DNA from: a virus
Lineage: Duplodnaviria; Caudoviricetes
Virus record (IMG/VR): IMGVR_UViG_3300020172_003900
Coordinates: 1 to 52,423 of that record
Length of the DNA: 52,423 bases
Strand: one strand, 5' to 3'
Made by a program: the position numbers and the translations under genes. Shown in pieces: positions 20,355-29,648 of this stretch. Positions within the stretch are counted from its first letter, which is position 1. Every line of letters begins with the position of its first letter. The notes below the pieces were generated by a model, which ran no database searches, had not been told where the DNA came from, and saw only the letters and a program-made list of their open reading frames with translations.

Positions 20355-21062
20355 TTATACTAAATCTATAAAAATTCTAAAATTCTCCATCATCCAGTTT
20401 GGTATATTATCTGATGGGTCGTCAAGATAAAAATTTCTAGGCCATTCATCTAAAGTTAACGTTAGAGCATTTTGTATTTGGGAATACTCTTCAAAATTTC
20501 CACTTATAAGCTCTTCATCAACGTCCCCAACTAAATCATTAGGATTATATTCCATAACAGGATTTGTTTCAGTAATCCTAAAAGTTAAATTTAAATACAA
20601 TTCATCTTTGAATTCACTAACGTTTATTCTCGGTATAAATTTACCTAATAACTCAACATACTCCTTTTTACCGTTATGAAATCCTATAGGTAATTTATTA
20701 ATATTTTGTAAATTATCTAATAATGAAAGTTTAAACGATTTCGTTAAATGTAATATTTGATTAAATGGTATTGAACCGTAAGCATAAAAAACATCAAAAC
20801 CTACAGGTTGTTTAACATATGAAATAATAATATCGTTAGGTTCAAATGAAATATATTCCGAATATTTTATAATTTCATTTTTTAAATTAATACCTATTAT
20901 GATTAAGTTATATGGTACATCACTCTCATTAATAATATCAAAAACAACTTTAACATTGTCATACATATCAGTATCGACTTCAACTATTTTAATAATTAAA
21001 CCTGGTGAATATTCTTTACCGTCAATAAAATGTCTTATTATTTTTTCTAAACCTTTAACCAT
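20355..21062 (-). CDS. Hypothetical protein
   Basis: 235-aa ORF. Confidence 0.6.
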   Translation of the reverse strand: MVKGLEKIIRHFIDGKEYSPGLIIKIVEVDTDMYDNVKVVFDIINESDVPYNLIIIGINLKNEIIKYSEYISFEPNDIIISYVKQPVGFDVFYAYGSIPFNQILHLTKSFKLSLLDNLQNINKLPIGFHNGKKEYVELLGKFIPRINVSEFKDELYLNLTFRITETNPVMEYNPNDLVGDVDEELISGNFEEYSQIQNALTLTLDEWPRNFYLDDPSDNIPNWMMENFRIFIDLV

Positions 21063-21067
21063 ATGTT

Positions 21068-21085
21068 ATAAATACTGGTATTTAT
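21068..21085. promoter_or_regulatory. Back-to-back copies of the putative phage late-promoter motif (RTATTTAT)
   Basis: Palindrome ATAAATAC-TG-GTATTTAT in the 41-nt gap between divergent genes. Confidence 0.5.
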
Positions 21086-21103
21086 TATTAAATTATTAAC
21101 TTA

Positions 21104-21886
21104 ATGAAACTTATCGCACTAGCCAAATCACTAAAACCTTTTTTACAAAAAGAGATTACTTTAGAAGGGATTTATAAAGAAATTCTAACTAATAGTTCAA
21201 TACCATTTAAATCTATGTTAACACCTGTTGAGGTTGTTAAATTAGTATTCATTACTAAAAAAGTTTTAAATAACGAGGACCCTAGAACTATTATGTCTAA
21301 ATTGGATAATAATTTATTTTTATTTTCAACAGTAGAATTTGGTGATAATACTCAAGAAGAAGAATGTGAAGAGTGTTATGGTGATGGTAGATACGATTGT
21401 CGTAATTGTGATGGTGAAGGTGAAGAAGATTGTCCTGAATGTGATGGTGATGGCGAAGATTCAGACGGACATACTTGTTCAGAGTGTCAAGGAGGAGGTA
21501 AAGTAACGTGTGGTGAATGTGATGGTGAAGGTAGAATAGATTGCGATTATTGTGATTCTAATGGATATGTTAGTACTGATGAATATGTTCCTTATGATTT
21601 AGGTGGATACATTTCGTATGATGAAAATTTAAAAAATGAAATTCAATCTAGAATAATGAGAAATGATTTTGAAGACCCTAAATTTAATTCAAAAATGACT
21701 TTTCTACTTAGTGTTGACCAAGTAGAAATGAAAGAAGGTGAGAGTGAATCAATTAAACCCGAATTTGAAAACAGGGAATTTTACCTTGAGATAATAACTG
21801 ACGATGTATATGAAAGTTTATTGTATGGTAATAATAGAATTATATCGTCTCAATTTGATACAACTCCTTTAGAGAGATTTACCTAA
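21104..21886 (+). CDS. Protein with six DnaJ-type CxxCxGxG zinc-finger repeats, no J-domain
   Basis: CEECYGDG, CRNCDGEG, CPECDGDG, CSECQGGG, CGECDGEG, CDYCDSNG; no HPD. Confidence 0.75.
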   Translation: MKLIALAKSLKPFLQKEITLEGIYKEILTNSSIPFKSMLTPVEVVKLVFITKKVLNNEDPRTIMSKLDNNLFLFSTVEFGDNTQEEECEECYGDGRYDCRNCDGEGEEDCPECDGDGEDSDGHTCSECQGGGKVTCGECDGEGRIDCDYCDSNGYVSTDEYVPYDLGGYISYDENLKNEIQSRIMRNDFEDPKFNSKMTFLLSVDQVEMKEGESESIKPEFENREFYLEIITDDVYESLLYGNNRIISSQFDTTPLERFT

Positions 21887-22489
21887 TTACTTTTCTAAGT
21901 GACCCATTAAAACACCACCTATTGCCGTGGCGTGAACTTGTAAATGATTAATAGATTCCATATCAAGTTTTGTTTTTCTCTTACTATAATCTAATCCTAA
22001 AGTACCGATAAATTTATTATCAATCGTTTTAATTGCAAATAAATAACCTGATTTACAATTTGTATCTTCAGCAATATACTTTAAACCGTAAGTTGCAATA
22101 TTTTCGTCTTTAAAATCAGAAATTTCAATAACGTCATTTTCTAATAATTGATTGATTGATTTACTAAATAAATTAACTGGAATATTTTGAAAATTTAATT
22201 GTATTGAATTTGTGTTTTGGGATACCGTTTCATAGATTATACTGAATTTTGCCATAGATTTTCCTGTGGGATAGAAATGACCTCCATTATGAAATTGCGT
22301 TATCCAAACTCTATCAGCTTTAAATTCTTCTTTAACGTGTTCAATTTTTGAAGTTATAAGTTCACTAACTTGTAGAGCGTCTTTAACCATATCAGGTTTT
22401 TGTTTCTTTTCTAACTTATTTTTAACGTATAATAACGCTAAGGGTCCTATTACACCTGTTATAAAGGCTACGATAACTTCACTCGACAT
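21887..22489 (-). CDS. Single-TM protein with probable GAF-like domain (possible T4 gpT-type holin)
   Basis: N-terminal hydrophobic helix; ADRVWITQFHNGG...IGTLGLDY GAF-like pattern; holin role is a guess. Confidence 0.45.
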   Translation of the reverse strand: MSSEVIVAFITGVIGPLALLYVKNKLEKKQKPDMVKDALQVSELITSKIEHVKEEFKADRVWITQFHNGGHFYPTGKSMAKFSIIYETVSQNTNSIQLNFQNIPVNLFSKSINQLLENDVIEISDFKDENIATYGLKYIAEDTNCKSGYLFAIKTIDNKFIGTLGLDYSKRKTKLDMESINHLQVHATAIGGVLMGHLEK

Positions 22490-22563
22490 CAATAATATTT
22501 TTTTAAAAATTAATTTATTATAAATATATGTTTATAAAAAAAAATACGACATAATGTCGTATT

Positions 22564-23646
22564 TTAAAGTTTTTCAAACTTAGGTTTGAGGTATTTCCAT
22601 ATAATATGGTCATATGGTTTTCTATCCCACATTGCAAAACATAGTGATTTAACTTTAGGATGTACTTTATTAAGTTCTAAATGTTCTGCAAATTCTTTCT
22701 TAGTAGGTTCAACTTCTCTATCACCATACTTTCCATATCGGAAATAGTCGTGTAGTTTTCCCGCATACTCAGAATAACGATAATGGTTATAATTTAAAGT
22801 TGAAACGTACTGTTTTACTTTTTTATAGAATTCATCAGGAACGTCCTTCAAATAATCCTCCATTTTACCTCCAGTACTTAAAACCTCCCAAACACCAGTA
22901 GTAGATAGGTTAGTCATTATTTTATGAAGACGAAGATATTCTTCACCTTTTATCTTCATTCTATCTCCATTAGAGAATCTAACCACAAACCCTTCTTTAT
23001 TATCTGCAATTGCGTGTTTTAAGTAAGTGTAGTCAGATATACCATCATATTTTCTAACGATATTAAACCCTAAGTTGTTTAAAAGGTTTTTGAACCTAAC
23101 ATCTACATTATTACCTGAGTGTATGTTAACCTCGTAACCATCTTTAGTGTGTATCATTCCTAATAATACCAAATCTTCAAAATCGTAAGAACAAACTATT
23201 CTATTCTCAGGATAGATTATTTCAAACAAATAAGTATAGTCAGGGTTTAATCTCTGATATTCATATTTTTGAAGTAACTCAGTACCTTTAACCGATTGGT
23301 CAGAAGTAAAAGAACCACGAGTCGCAAGAACCCACTCACCTTTGTAGTTGAATAAGATTCCCAAAGAACCGTCCATTTTTTCATACACATCAAAATCCTC
23401 AGTTGGAGTGTGTTGGTTTTCTTCTATGTTGAAGAATTTCTTAAATGGTCTTGCAACAACATTACCCTCATTGTCAGTAACCAATCCACGGCATTGTTTG
23501 GTAACATCATCCCAAAATTTATATTGGTTATTACCTTCACCGTATTGAACCTTTGGAGTATAGTTCCATATAGTCAAAGGAAGGGTAGGATGCACTTGTT
23601 TTTGCACCAACTCTTTCTCGTAATATTTGTTCAATTGCTCTAACAT
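22564..23646 (-). CDS. RNA ligase, T4 Rnl1 family
   Basis: CRGLV, KFFN, motif I EKMDGS, FEII, EGFV, KIK; TATCTTTG promoter immediately upstream. Confidence 0.88.
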   Translation of the reverse strand: MLEQLNKYYEKELVQKQVHPTLPLTIWNYTPKVQYGEGNNQYKFWDDVTKQCRGLVTDNEGNVVARPFKKFFNIEENQHTPTEDFDVYEKMDGSLGILFNYKGEWVLATRGSFTSDQSVKGTELLQKYEYQRLNPDYTYLFEIIYPENRIVCSYDFEDLVLLGMIHTKDGYEVNIHSGNNVDVRFKNLLNNLGFNIVRKYDGISDYTYLKHAIADNKEGFVVRFSNGDRMKIKGEEYLRLHKIMTNLSTTGVWEVLSTGGKMEDYLKDVPDEFYKKVKQYVSTLNYNHYRYSEYAGKLHDYFRYGKYGDREVEPTKKEFAEHLELNKVHPKVKSLCFAMWDRKPYDHIIWKYLKPKFEKL

Positions 23647-23673
23647 TTTACAAAGATACTAATTTTTTATTAA

Positions 23674-24015
23674 TTAATCAAAATGATTTTCTATTTTCCA
23701 CACACTAAAGTGGTCATATTCGTCTTCACTACCGCTACCATATAATCTTCGACTAACCTCATATTTAGTTTTATACGATAATTGTTTTGCTATTAAAATT
23801 CTGGAGTTTGGATGAATCATCTGTACCATTGAAATAAAATTAGAACCTTCATTTTCTAAGTTTTTGATTCTGTTTACTTTCTCATCAACATAATCAGAAC
23901 CATCTTCTTTAAAACAAACAGTCCAAAATTTAAGGCAAGCTCTTTTTAACTCATCAAAGACCGAATCTTTAGGAGGAGTATAAAAAAGTTTAATATCTTT
24001 ACCAAGAGTCAACAT
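23674..24015 (-). CDS. Hypothetical protein
   Basis: Operonic ORF. Confidence 0.55.
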   Translation of the reverse strand: MLTLGKDIKLFYTPPKDSVFDELKRACLKFWTVCFKEDGSDYVDEKVNRIKNLENEGSNFISMVQMIHPNSRILIAKQLSYKTKYEVSRRLYGSGSEDEYDHFSVWKIENHFD

Positions 24016-24217
24016 CTGTTAAATCTAATTCTGTTCTTGTATGGTGACTATAAACCGTAATTCCACTACCAATACCTGTTGGTGTTATTCTCCAAGTGAA
24101 TGTACCGTATTCACCATAAATTGCTTTAATGTGTGATAACCACTCATCATACATTTTTTGTTGTTTCTCTGTGAGTTCCTCGTGTATCACGGTTTTTCTC
24201 GTATTCTTTCCTCCCAT
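23999..24217 (-). CDS. Hypothetical protein
   Basis: Operonic ORF; start uncertain. Confidence 0.55.
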   Translation of the reverse strand: MGGKNTRKTVIHEELTEKQQKMYDEWLSHIKAIYGEYGTFTWRITPTGIGSGITVYSHHTRTELDLTDVDSW

Positions 24218-24365
24218 TACATTTAGTTTTTTCGTTTATATTCCAAAGTTCTTTTCCACCATTTATCATATGACAGTTGTGGGGTCTGTCCATTTTTTTA
24301 GAAAACCCCACAATCATATCATTATGTTTATTCCTTACCGACCAAGGACATTCTTTACAAGCCAT
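24147..24365 (-). CDS. Small Cys/His protein
   Basis: CKECPW...HNCH...C, possible metal binding; coupled to upstream stop. Confidence 0.55.
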   Translation of the reverse strand: MACKECPWSVRNKHNDMIVGFSKKMDRPHNCHMINGGKELWNINEKTKCNGRKEYEKNRDTRGTHRETTKNV

Positions 24366-25024
24366 TACCCGACTACCCCCGTTAATTCGTCTAAGTGATG
24401 GTCATTACCAATTTCAGACACTTTTTCTCTGTGACGTAATAATGGAACTATTTCTCTCATAACGTTGTACGGTCTGAACTCAGGGTGTCCATCCATCCCA
24501 ACATCCATACGTTGTCCTTTACCAAAACGTAAGTTTGTTGGTAAATGACAGTGTCCGTGAAGGTGCATAACACCCTTATTTAAACCGTCCCAAGAACTAA
24601 TTGGGTAGTGCATCAAACGAAAAGTATGTTCATCAAGTTTTAATGTGTTATAATGTGAAACACTTTTAAAATAACCCTGACATCCTTGTCGGTTGTTTTC
24701 AATGTGGTGGTCGTGATTACCTAAAACCAAGTGAATATTTTTACAAACAATTCGGTCCCAAAATTCTTTGATTGATTCAAAACCTCCAAACGACCAATCA
24801 CCAAGACAGATTAGTATGTCGTCTTGCATAACATTTTCGTTAATGTTATTAACAATTTTTGCATTCATTTTATCCAAGGTTTCAAAATCACGAGTTTGTG
24901 AAATTGGGATTGACCCATCGGGCATACGCCAGTTTGTCGTACCACGACATATATTTTTGTGATTATAGTGAGGGTCTGAAAAAATCCACACATCACCTTT
25001 AAAATCTTTATCTATCTTAATCAT
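24365..25024 (-). CDS. Calcineurin-like metallophosphoesterase
   Basis: SDPH, LGD, GNHD, MHYP, HGHCH. Confidence 0.88.
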   Translation of the reverse strand: MIKIDKDFKGDVWIFSDPHYNHKNICRGTTNWRMPDGSIPISQTRDFETLDKMNAKIVNNINENVMQDDILICLGDWSFGGFESIKEFWDRIVCKNIHLVLGNHDHHIENNRQGCQGYFKSVSHYNTLKLDEHTFRLMHYPISSWDGLNKGVMHLHGHCHLPTNLRFGKGQRMDVGMDGHPEFRPYNVMREIVPLLRHREKVSEIGNDHHLDELTGVVG

Positions 25025-25025
25025 C

Positions 25026-25487
25026 TTATTCTGCTAATTTCTTATTACTAAATTCTTTAATACCTGTTACCTCATATAAAATTTCTTTTTCAATGTATTT
25101 TGGAAAATTGATTTTATCGTTAATATCTTTTAACTCAACTTCAAGGATTATTATATTAATCCCGTTGTACTTATCAATCTCAAATTTAAGTCCTCTATAT
25201 TTGATTACTGTTCTTGTCTTATTTATGTGTAACGAATTACTTAAATTTAATTCGTTAAATTCTTCTTGAGTTAATGTTATTTCTTCTTCCTGATTTACAC
25301 CTTTAGAGATATTAGTTTTCTTTGTTTTGAATATCTGTATATCACCTGTTGGTGTTTCAACTTGATACCTATAACGATACCCATCGGAGTGATACCACTG
25401 TTCAATTTGATAAACAGTATTAATTCTCTCTAACCTTGGGAATCTTTTTAACAAAAATTTTCTTTCTATCTCTTTAAATGTTTTCAT
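25026..25487 (-). CDS. CYTH-domain (triphosphate tunnel) protein
   Basis: EIERKFL...EEEI...KTR...FEID...EVE. Confidence 0.8.
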   Translation of the reverse strand: MKTFKEIERKFLLKRFPRLERINTVYQIEQWYHSDGYRYRYQVETPTGDIQIFKTKKTNISKGVNQEEEITLTQEEFNELNLSNSLHINKTRTVIKYRGLKFEIDKYNGINIIILEVELKDINDKINFPKYIEKEILYEVTGIKEFSNKKLAE

Positions 25488-25972
25488 ACTAATTCTATTT
25501 CTTTTTTAAACCATTTAGGGGTATCTCTGTTTTTCCATACCGCAAATCCTGATTTTGCTCCAATATAATAATTTCGATACGACTCAACAACAGATTTAAC
25601 TTTATACTCGTCAGGCATTGCTTTTGGTGGTTCAGTAAATCCTTTGTCACAAATGTTTGCTTTATTTGTGACACACCACTCAATCACATCCTGTGATTTA
25701 TGTCGTTTTCCATATCGGTAAGTATATTCTTTACATAACTCTAAACCCAGTTCACAAAGATACAAATAATTTGTCAAACTTTCACGAGTCCATATAGCAC
25801 AAGGATGATTTTTATGTGATAATTTATACGGAACTTGGGGAGTAACTTGGGGGGTCAAATGATGAACCCCACATAAAAGTTGAGCAGTCTCAAGTATCAT
25901 TTTAACTACGTGTTTATCACAATGATATTCGGCACATTTTTTTACATCTAAATCAAGAAAAAATATATTCAT
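25484..25972 (-). CDS. Pyrimidine-dimer glycosylase/endonuclease V-like protein
   Basis: MNIFFLD...HCDKHVVKMILETAQLL...HKNHPCAIW...EYTYRYGKRH. Confidence 0.75.
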   Translation of the reverse strand: MNIFFLDLDVKKCAEYHCDKHVVKMILETAQLLCGVHHLTPQVTPQVPYKLSHKNHPCAIWTRESLTNYLYLCELGLELCKEYTYRYGKRHKSQDVIEWCVTNKANICDKGFTEPPKAMPDEYKVKSVVESYRNYYIGAKSGFAVWKNRDTPKWFKKEIELV

Positions 25973-26223
25973 TATTTATCAAATTGTCCCCACCAAGTAG
26001 GAATGTTAACTAATATTGCAACTTCAACAATAACCATTAAAACACGACCAAAAGTTGTTGTAAATGCCCACCAATTATACGGATTCCAATCCCAAGCAAT
26101 AAAACTACCTAAAAGATAAAATATCCCGTTAGAAATAACTAACGGGAGTATTATCATCCACATAACATTTAAAATCGCCAATAACTTATATCTTAATTTA
26201 TCCATATTATACTGTATGTTCAA
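25972..26223 (-). CDS. Small membrane protein
   Basis: Two to three hydrophobic segments. Confidence 0.6.
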   Translation of the reverse strand: MNIQYNMDKLRYKLLAILNVMWMIILPLVISNGIFYLLGSFIAWDWNPYNWWAFTTTFGRVLMVIVEVAILVNIPTWWGQFDK

Positions 26224-26647
26224 TTTGTACTCTTACACAATTTTGAGGTAAACGATTGATGTGACGGTAATTGTTGATGTATCCCATCATATTTGCACTA
26301 CCGATAGCATTGGCTGAGTGAATTACAACATCAACAACAGGTTGTCCATCCATCCATTGGTCAACTAACCATTTAGTACAATCCATACCTGTTTTTTCAG
26401 TAATGTTATCGTAATTCAATTTGTAATTTTGATAAACATTTTTATGCCATTCCGCCATTGCAGTATCACCTAAATCGTGGTCCAAAGAAATTAAACTAAT
26501 ATTTTCTAATCCGATTTCAGTTACTTTTTCTACAAATTCTTCGTAAGAACGAACAATGACCCATTGGTCTTTTTCAATAGGAGTTCTTACATCATCCAAA
26601 TATATTCTTTGTTTCATACTATAATTTTTTTTACTAATTCTTTTCAT
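26207..26647 (-). CDS. Cyclic-phosphate-processing receiver-like domain protein
   Basis: IYLDDVR, ISLDHDLG, TGMD, HSAN..G; start may be 26617. Confidence 0.75.
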   Translation of the reverse strand: MKRISKKNYSMKQRIYLDDVRTPIEKDQWVIVRSYEEFVEKVTEIGLENISLISLDHDLGDTAMAEWHKNVYQNYKLNYDNITEKTGMDCTKWLVDQWMDGQPVVDVVIHSANAIGSANMMGYINNYRHINRLPQNCVRVQIEHTV

Positions 26648-26663
26648 TATACAAAAATACTAA

Positions 26664-27164
26664 TTAACTACCAACTCTCCAAGCTGAGTTTATAATCTTA
26701 CGAGTTTTTTTAGAATCCTCTAAGTTACCCATAACAACACCATCCTTTATTGTAAAGGCGTGACTTCTAACACAGATGACAAAAGTACCAATAGGGTATT
26801 TTTTAATAAAAGTACCCACGGTCATTTGTCGATTAGTTTTTTGACCCTTAACCTTAACTTCATAATCCAAAGTATAAAAAGAACCTGAAGTATTTGGTTT
26901 TCCAACGGGTTTGCAAGTTTTACGACCGATACGAGTACGTTCTCTTGAAATTTTATTCATACCCCCAATAAAGTTGTAGGTTCCTTGTCGGTCTTTACGG
27001 AAAAAAGTTTCTTTAATGAATGTATGAGCCCTATCGTATTCAATTCCAAATGCCGACGCAATTGCTCGAACAACACAATCGTTAGTTTCACTTTTAGCGA
27101 TTATAGATTCAGAATATCCTTTAATCGCTTCAGATGTATTACAATAAGGGAGTTGATTTTTCAT
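26664..27164 (-). CDS. Hypothetical protein, possible papain-fold Cys/His pair
   Basis: NDCVVRAIA...SHAFTI; TATCTTTG promoter upstream. Confidence 0.55.
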   Translation of the reverse strand: MKNQLPYCNTSEAIKGYSESIIAKSETNDCVVRAIASAFGIEYDRAHTFIKETFFRKDRQGTYNFIGGMNKISRERTRIGRKTCKPVGKPNTSGSFYTLDYEVKVKGQKTNRQMTVGTFIKKYPIGTFVICVRSHAFTIKDGVVMGNLEDSKKTRKIINSAWRVGS

Positions 27165-27200
27165 ATAACAAAGATACGAAAAATTTTTTATCTGGCAAAA

Positions 27201-28448
27201 TTAAATAATCCAGGAATTAACTTCAGATATTGATTTAACACATATTTTTTCTAAGGATAATACAACCTCATCAATATTTTCAATATCAACACCACCAAGA
27301 GACATTCTAAACCAACCTGCGTTTTTATTAGACCCAAAATATTCGAATGGTACCAACCCAACACCACAATGTTTAATTAAAAATTGTACATAGTTTTCAA
27401 CGTTACCAAAAAATTGAGATTCTCCTAAATAAATCGAAATATAGATACCCCCTTCAGGTTTTTGATAATCAATTCTAAACCTTCTTTGTTTTAACTCTTC
27501 AATTTTTTCACAGATTATATTTGATATTTCAGAATACTGTTTCACTTTATTAGAAACAAATTCATTCATTGAATTATAATCATTTAGATACTTTGCAACT
27601 GCCGTTTGTTCAGGTTTAGGAGACCAAGCTCCGATGTGAGAGAATATTTCGGTCATTTTAGAAATGATTGATTTAGGACCAAAAACCCAACCAACTCTAA
27701 CACCTGTGGCACATAAGGATTTAGATATTCCATCAACACAAATTAAATAATCACGTATTTCAGGACAAACTTCTAATGGATGAGTAAATAAACCATCAGA
27801 AACTAAGTCAGAATATATTTGGTCAAAAAACAAATATGTTTTTTTAGATTTTTCTTTATTAACCTCAACAATCTCATCACAGATTTGTTTTAGTGTTACT
27901 TTATCTATAACACGACCTGTAGGATTTTGTGGCGAACATAAACAAAGTAATCTTGTATTGTGTAGTTTACCTTTAACATCTTCAAAAGTTGGGAAAAACG
28001 AGTTTTCAGGTTTACATTCTATAGGGATTTTTATTGCTCCGTGTAAAAAAGAATAATGATTGTTATTCCAAGATGGTACAGGGTACATTACAGAATCGTC
28101 TGAATCAACAATAGTTTTAAATATTGTGTAAATTAATGGTCTAACGCCACACCCGATTAAAATTTCGTCTTCAGAATAACTAATCCCTCTTTTTTTATTA
28201 AGATATTCACTAACAGATTTTCTCAAATCCAATTCACCTGGAGACATTGGATAATTTGTTAAATCATTTTCGTATGACTCAACAATATACTCTTTAAGTT
28301 TTTTTGGAATTGGATTTATTTTAGGGTTAAAATCACCAATACTGAAGTTTTGTACTGGTTTTGTTTTTGATACCTCTTTAATTTGTTGTGAAATTTTAAT
28401 AATTTCAGAACCAACAATATTGTTTCCTACGAATGATAAATTTTGCAT
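27201..28448 (-). CDS. PLP-dependent aminotransferase class I/II
   Basis: SPQNPTG, DQIY, GISKSLCATGVRVGW, FRMS. Confidence 0.88.
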   Translation of the reverse strand: MQNLSFVGNNIVGSEIIKISQQIKEVSKTKPVQNFSIGDFNPKINPIPKKLKEYIVESYENDLTNYPMSPGELDLRKSVSEYLNKKRGISYSEDEILIGCGVRPLIYTIFKTIVDSDDSVMYPVPSWNNNHYSFLHGAIKIPIECKPENSFFPTFEDVKGKLHNTRLLCLCSPQNPTGRVIDKVTLKQICDEIVEVNKEKSKKTYLFFDQIYSDLVSDGLFTHPLEVCPEIRDYLICVDGISKSLCATGVRVGWVFGPKSIISKMTEIFSHIGAWSPKPEQTAVAKYLNDYNSMNEFVSNKVKQYSEISNIICEKIEELKQRRFRIDYQKPEGGIYISIYLGESQFFGNVENYVQFLIKHCGVGLVPFEYFGSNKNAGWFRMSLGGVDIENIDEVVLSLEKICVKSISEVNSWII

Positions 28449-28490
28449 AAGGTAAGTATAAATCTTTGTATGAACTTAGTCAACTTTTTG

Positions 28491-28576
28491 CGGAAGATGT
28501 TGGGCTCGAACCAACGCGACCTTTCAGTCCTACCTGTTTAGCAAACAGGCCCCTTCACCAACTTGGGTAATCTTCC
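28491..28576 (-). tRNA. tRNA-Ser(GCT)
   Basis: Anticodon arm CCTGT-TTGCTAA-ACAGG; long variable arm. Confidence 0.92.
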
Positions 28577-28581
28577 AATAG

Positions 28582-28655
28582 TAGTCCCTGAGGGATTCGA
28601 ACCCCCAACCTTTTCGTCCGTAGCGAAACGCTCTAATCCGTTGAGCTAAGGGACT
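28582..28655 (-). tRNA. tRNA-Arg(ACG)
   Basis: TTTCG-CTACGGA-CGAAA. Confidence 0.92.
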
Positions 28656-28675
28656 AAAAAACGTTCAGCTCTTTT

Positions 28676-28860
28676 GAGTTGTCCCCAATACCGAATTTCA
28701 GCGGCAACCCACTTTCGTGAGGGGTTAGAACTAGTGTGTTAACTTACTCCTGCCACTGGTACACTAACCAACCGACTTAGACTCAAGTAATCGGCTCAGG
28801 TCCCTGTGGTAGTGACACCACTTCTCATCATACGGGAGCATATTAGGCGGGAACTACCTC
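28676..28860 (-). ncRNA. Putative structured ncRNA (~185 nt), unassigned
   Basis: GC-rich tRNA spacer; closing stems, several hairpins incl. CAC-GAAA-GTG, possible pseudoknot. Confidence 0.45.
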
Positions 28861-28894
28861 TTTTTTTATATTTCCGAAACACGGAAACCACGTG

Positions 28895-28982
28895 CGGTGA
28901 GAGTAGGATTCGAACCCACGGTACCCTTTCAGGTACTTCGGTTTTCAAGACCGACGCAATCGACCAACTCTGCCATCTCACC
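28895..28982 (-). tRNA. tRNA-Ser(TGA)
   Basis: TCGGT-CTTGAAA-ACCGA; long variable arm. Confidence 0.92.
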
Positions 28983-29015
28983 GTATAACCGACCTAGCTC
29001 GGTAAACACATCGGA

Positions 29016-29092
29016 TGGGGTAACTAACGGGAATCGAACCCGTGACACCTTGAACCACAATCAAGTGCTCTACCTACTGAGCTATAGCCACC
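29016..29092 (-). tRNA. tRNA-His(GTG)
   Basis: CTTGA-TTGTGGT-TCAAG; encoded G-1, C73 and CCA. Confidence 0.92.
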
Positions 29093-29099
29093 ATATTAG

Positions 29100-29232
29100 T
29101 AGTCAAGGTCGGACTCGAACCGAATACCGTTCAAGACGGAATAGACAACCTTACAACTTCTCGCGTCCAAAGGGTTATGGACCGTGGTGTCTTCAGGACT
29201 CGGGTACCATCCCTCATTACGCCCACTTGACT
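29100..29232 (-). ncRNA. Oversized tRNA-like RNA (133 nt) without a canonical anticodon arm
   Basis: Acceptor AGTCAAG/CTTGACT plus T-arm TCGG-TTCGAGT-CCGA, ~100-nt multi-hairpin interior. Confidence 0.6.
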
Positions 29233-29235
29233 AAT

Positions 29236-29303
29236 TACCCCACTTCACCAGATTAACGGACTGGCTGCCATATGGGAGTGGGGGTTTCCCGTTAATTCGG
29301 GAC
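29236..29303 (-). ncRNA. Putative small pseudoknotted RNA after tRNA-Phe
   Basis: TCCCG/CGGGA, CCCCACT/AGTGGGG, CCAG/CTGG stems; TTAACGG complementary to CCGTTAA. Confidence 0.35.
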
Positions 29304-29307
29304 TCCG

Positions 29308-29380
29308 TGGAACGGGGCGGAATCGAACCGCCGACACCTTGCTCTTCAGGCAAGTGCTCTACCAACTGAGCTACCGTTCC
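29308..29380 (-). tRNA. tRNA-Phe(GAA)
   Basis: CTTGC-CTGAAGA-GCAAG. Confidence 0.92.
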
Positions 29381-29384
29381 AAGT

Positions 29385-29636
29385 ATGATAATGATGGAGT
29401 ACCCGTCTCGCTCCAATCTTAACGGCTTCTTCTGAGTTTTATCAGTGCACTGGCCGAGGGTGCTGAATTCCGATTCCACTCTGGATTGTCGACATCCATT
29501 GAATGGGGAAAACCATTATCAATATTATTAAAATAAATCACTTTCGCCCCCTGTATATAGTTTACAGTAAACTATCTACTGTAAACCTTGGATGCTTAAG
29601 GTCATCCTTAACTATTAAGGGAGCCACCCGTGATTT
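29385..29636 (-). ncRNA. One or two putative structured ncRNAs, unassigned
   Basis: Domain 29535-29636 closed by AAATCAC/GTGATTT with long internal hairpins; domain 29385-29521 closed by TGATAATG/CATTATCA. Confidence 0.35.
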
Positions 29637-29648
29637 AATATTTTTTTC

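Noticed and set aside
28676-28860. 6S RNA, SRP RNA or cobalamin riboswitch
   Set aside because: Branched rather than rod-like fold; no SRP helix-8 motif; the GCCACTG match is antisense to transcription
29236-29307. Theta/HDV-like ribozyme at the tRNA-Phe 3' end
   Set aside because: No P1 starting at the tRNA 3' end, no HDV-type L3, and U where the catalytic C would be
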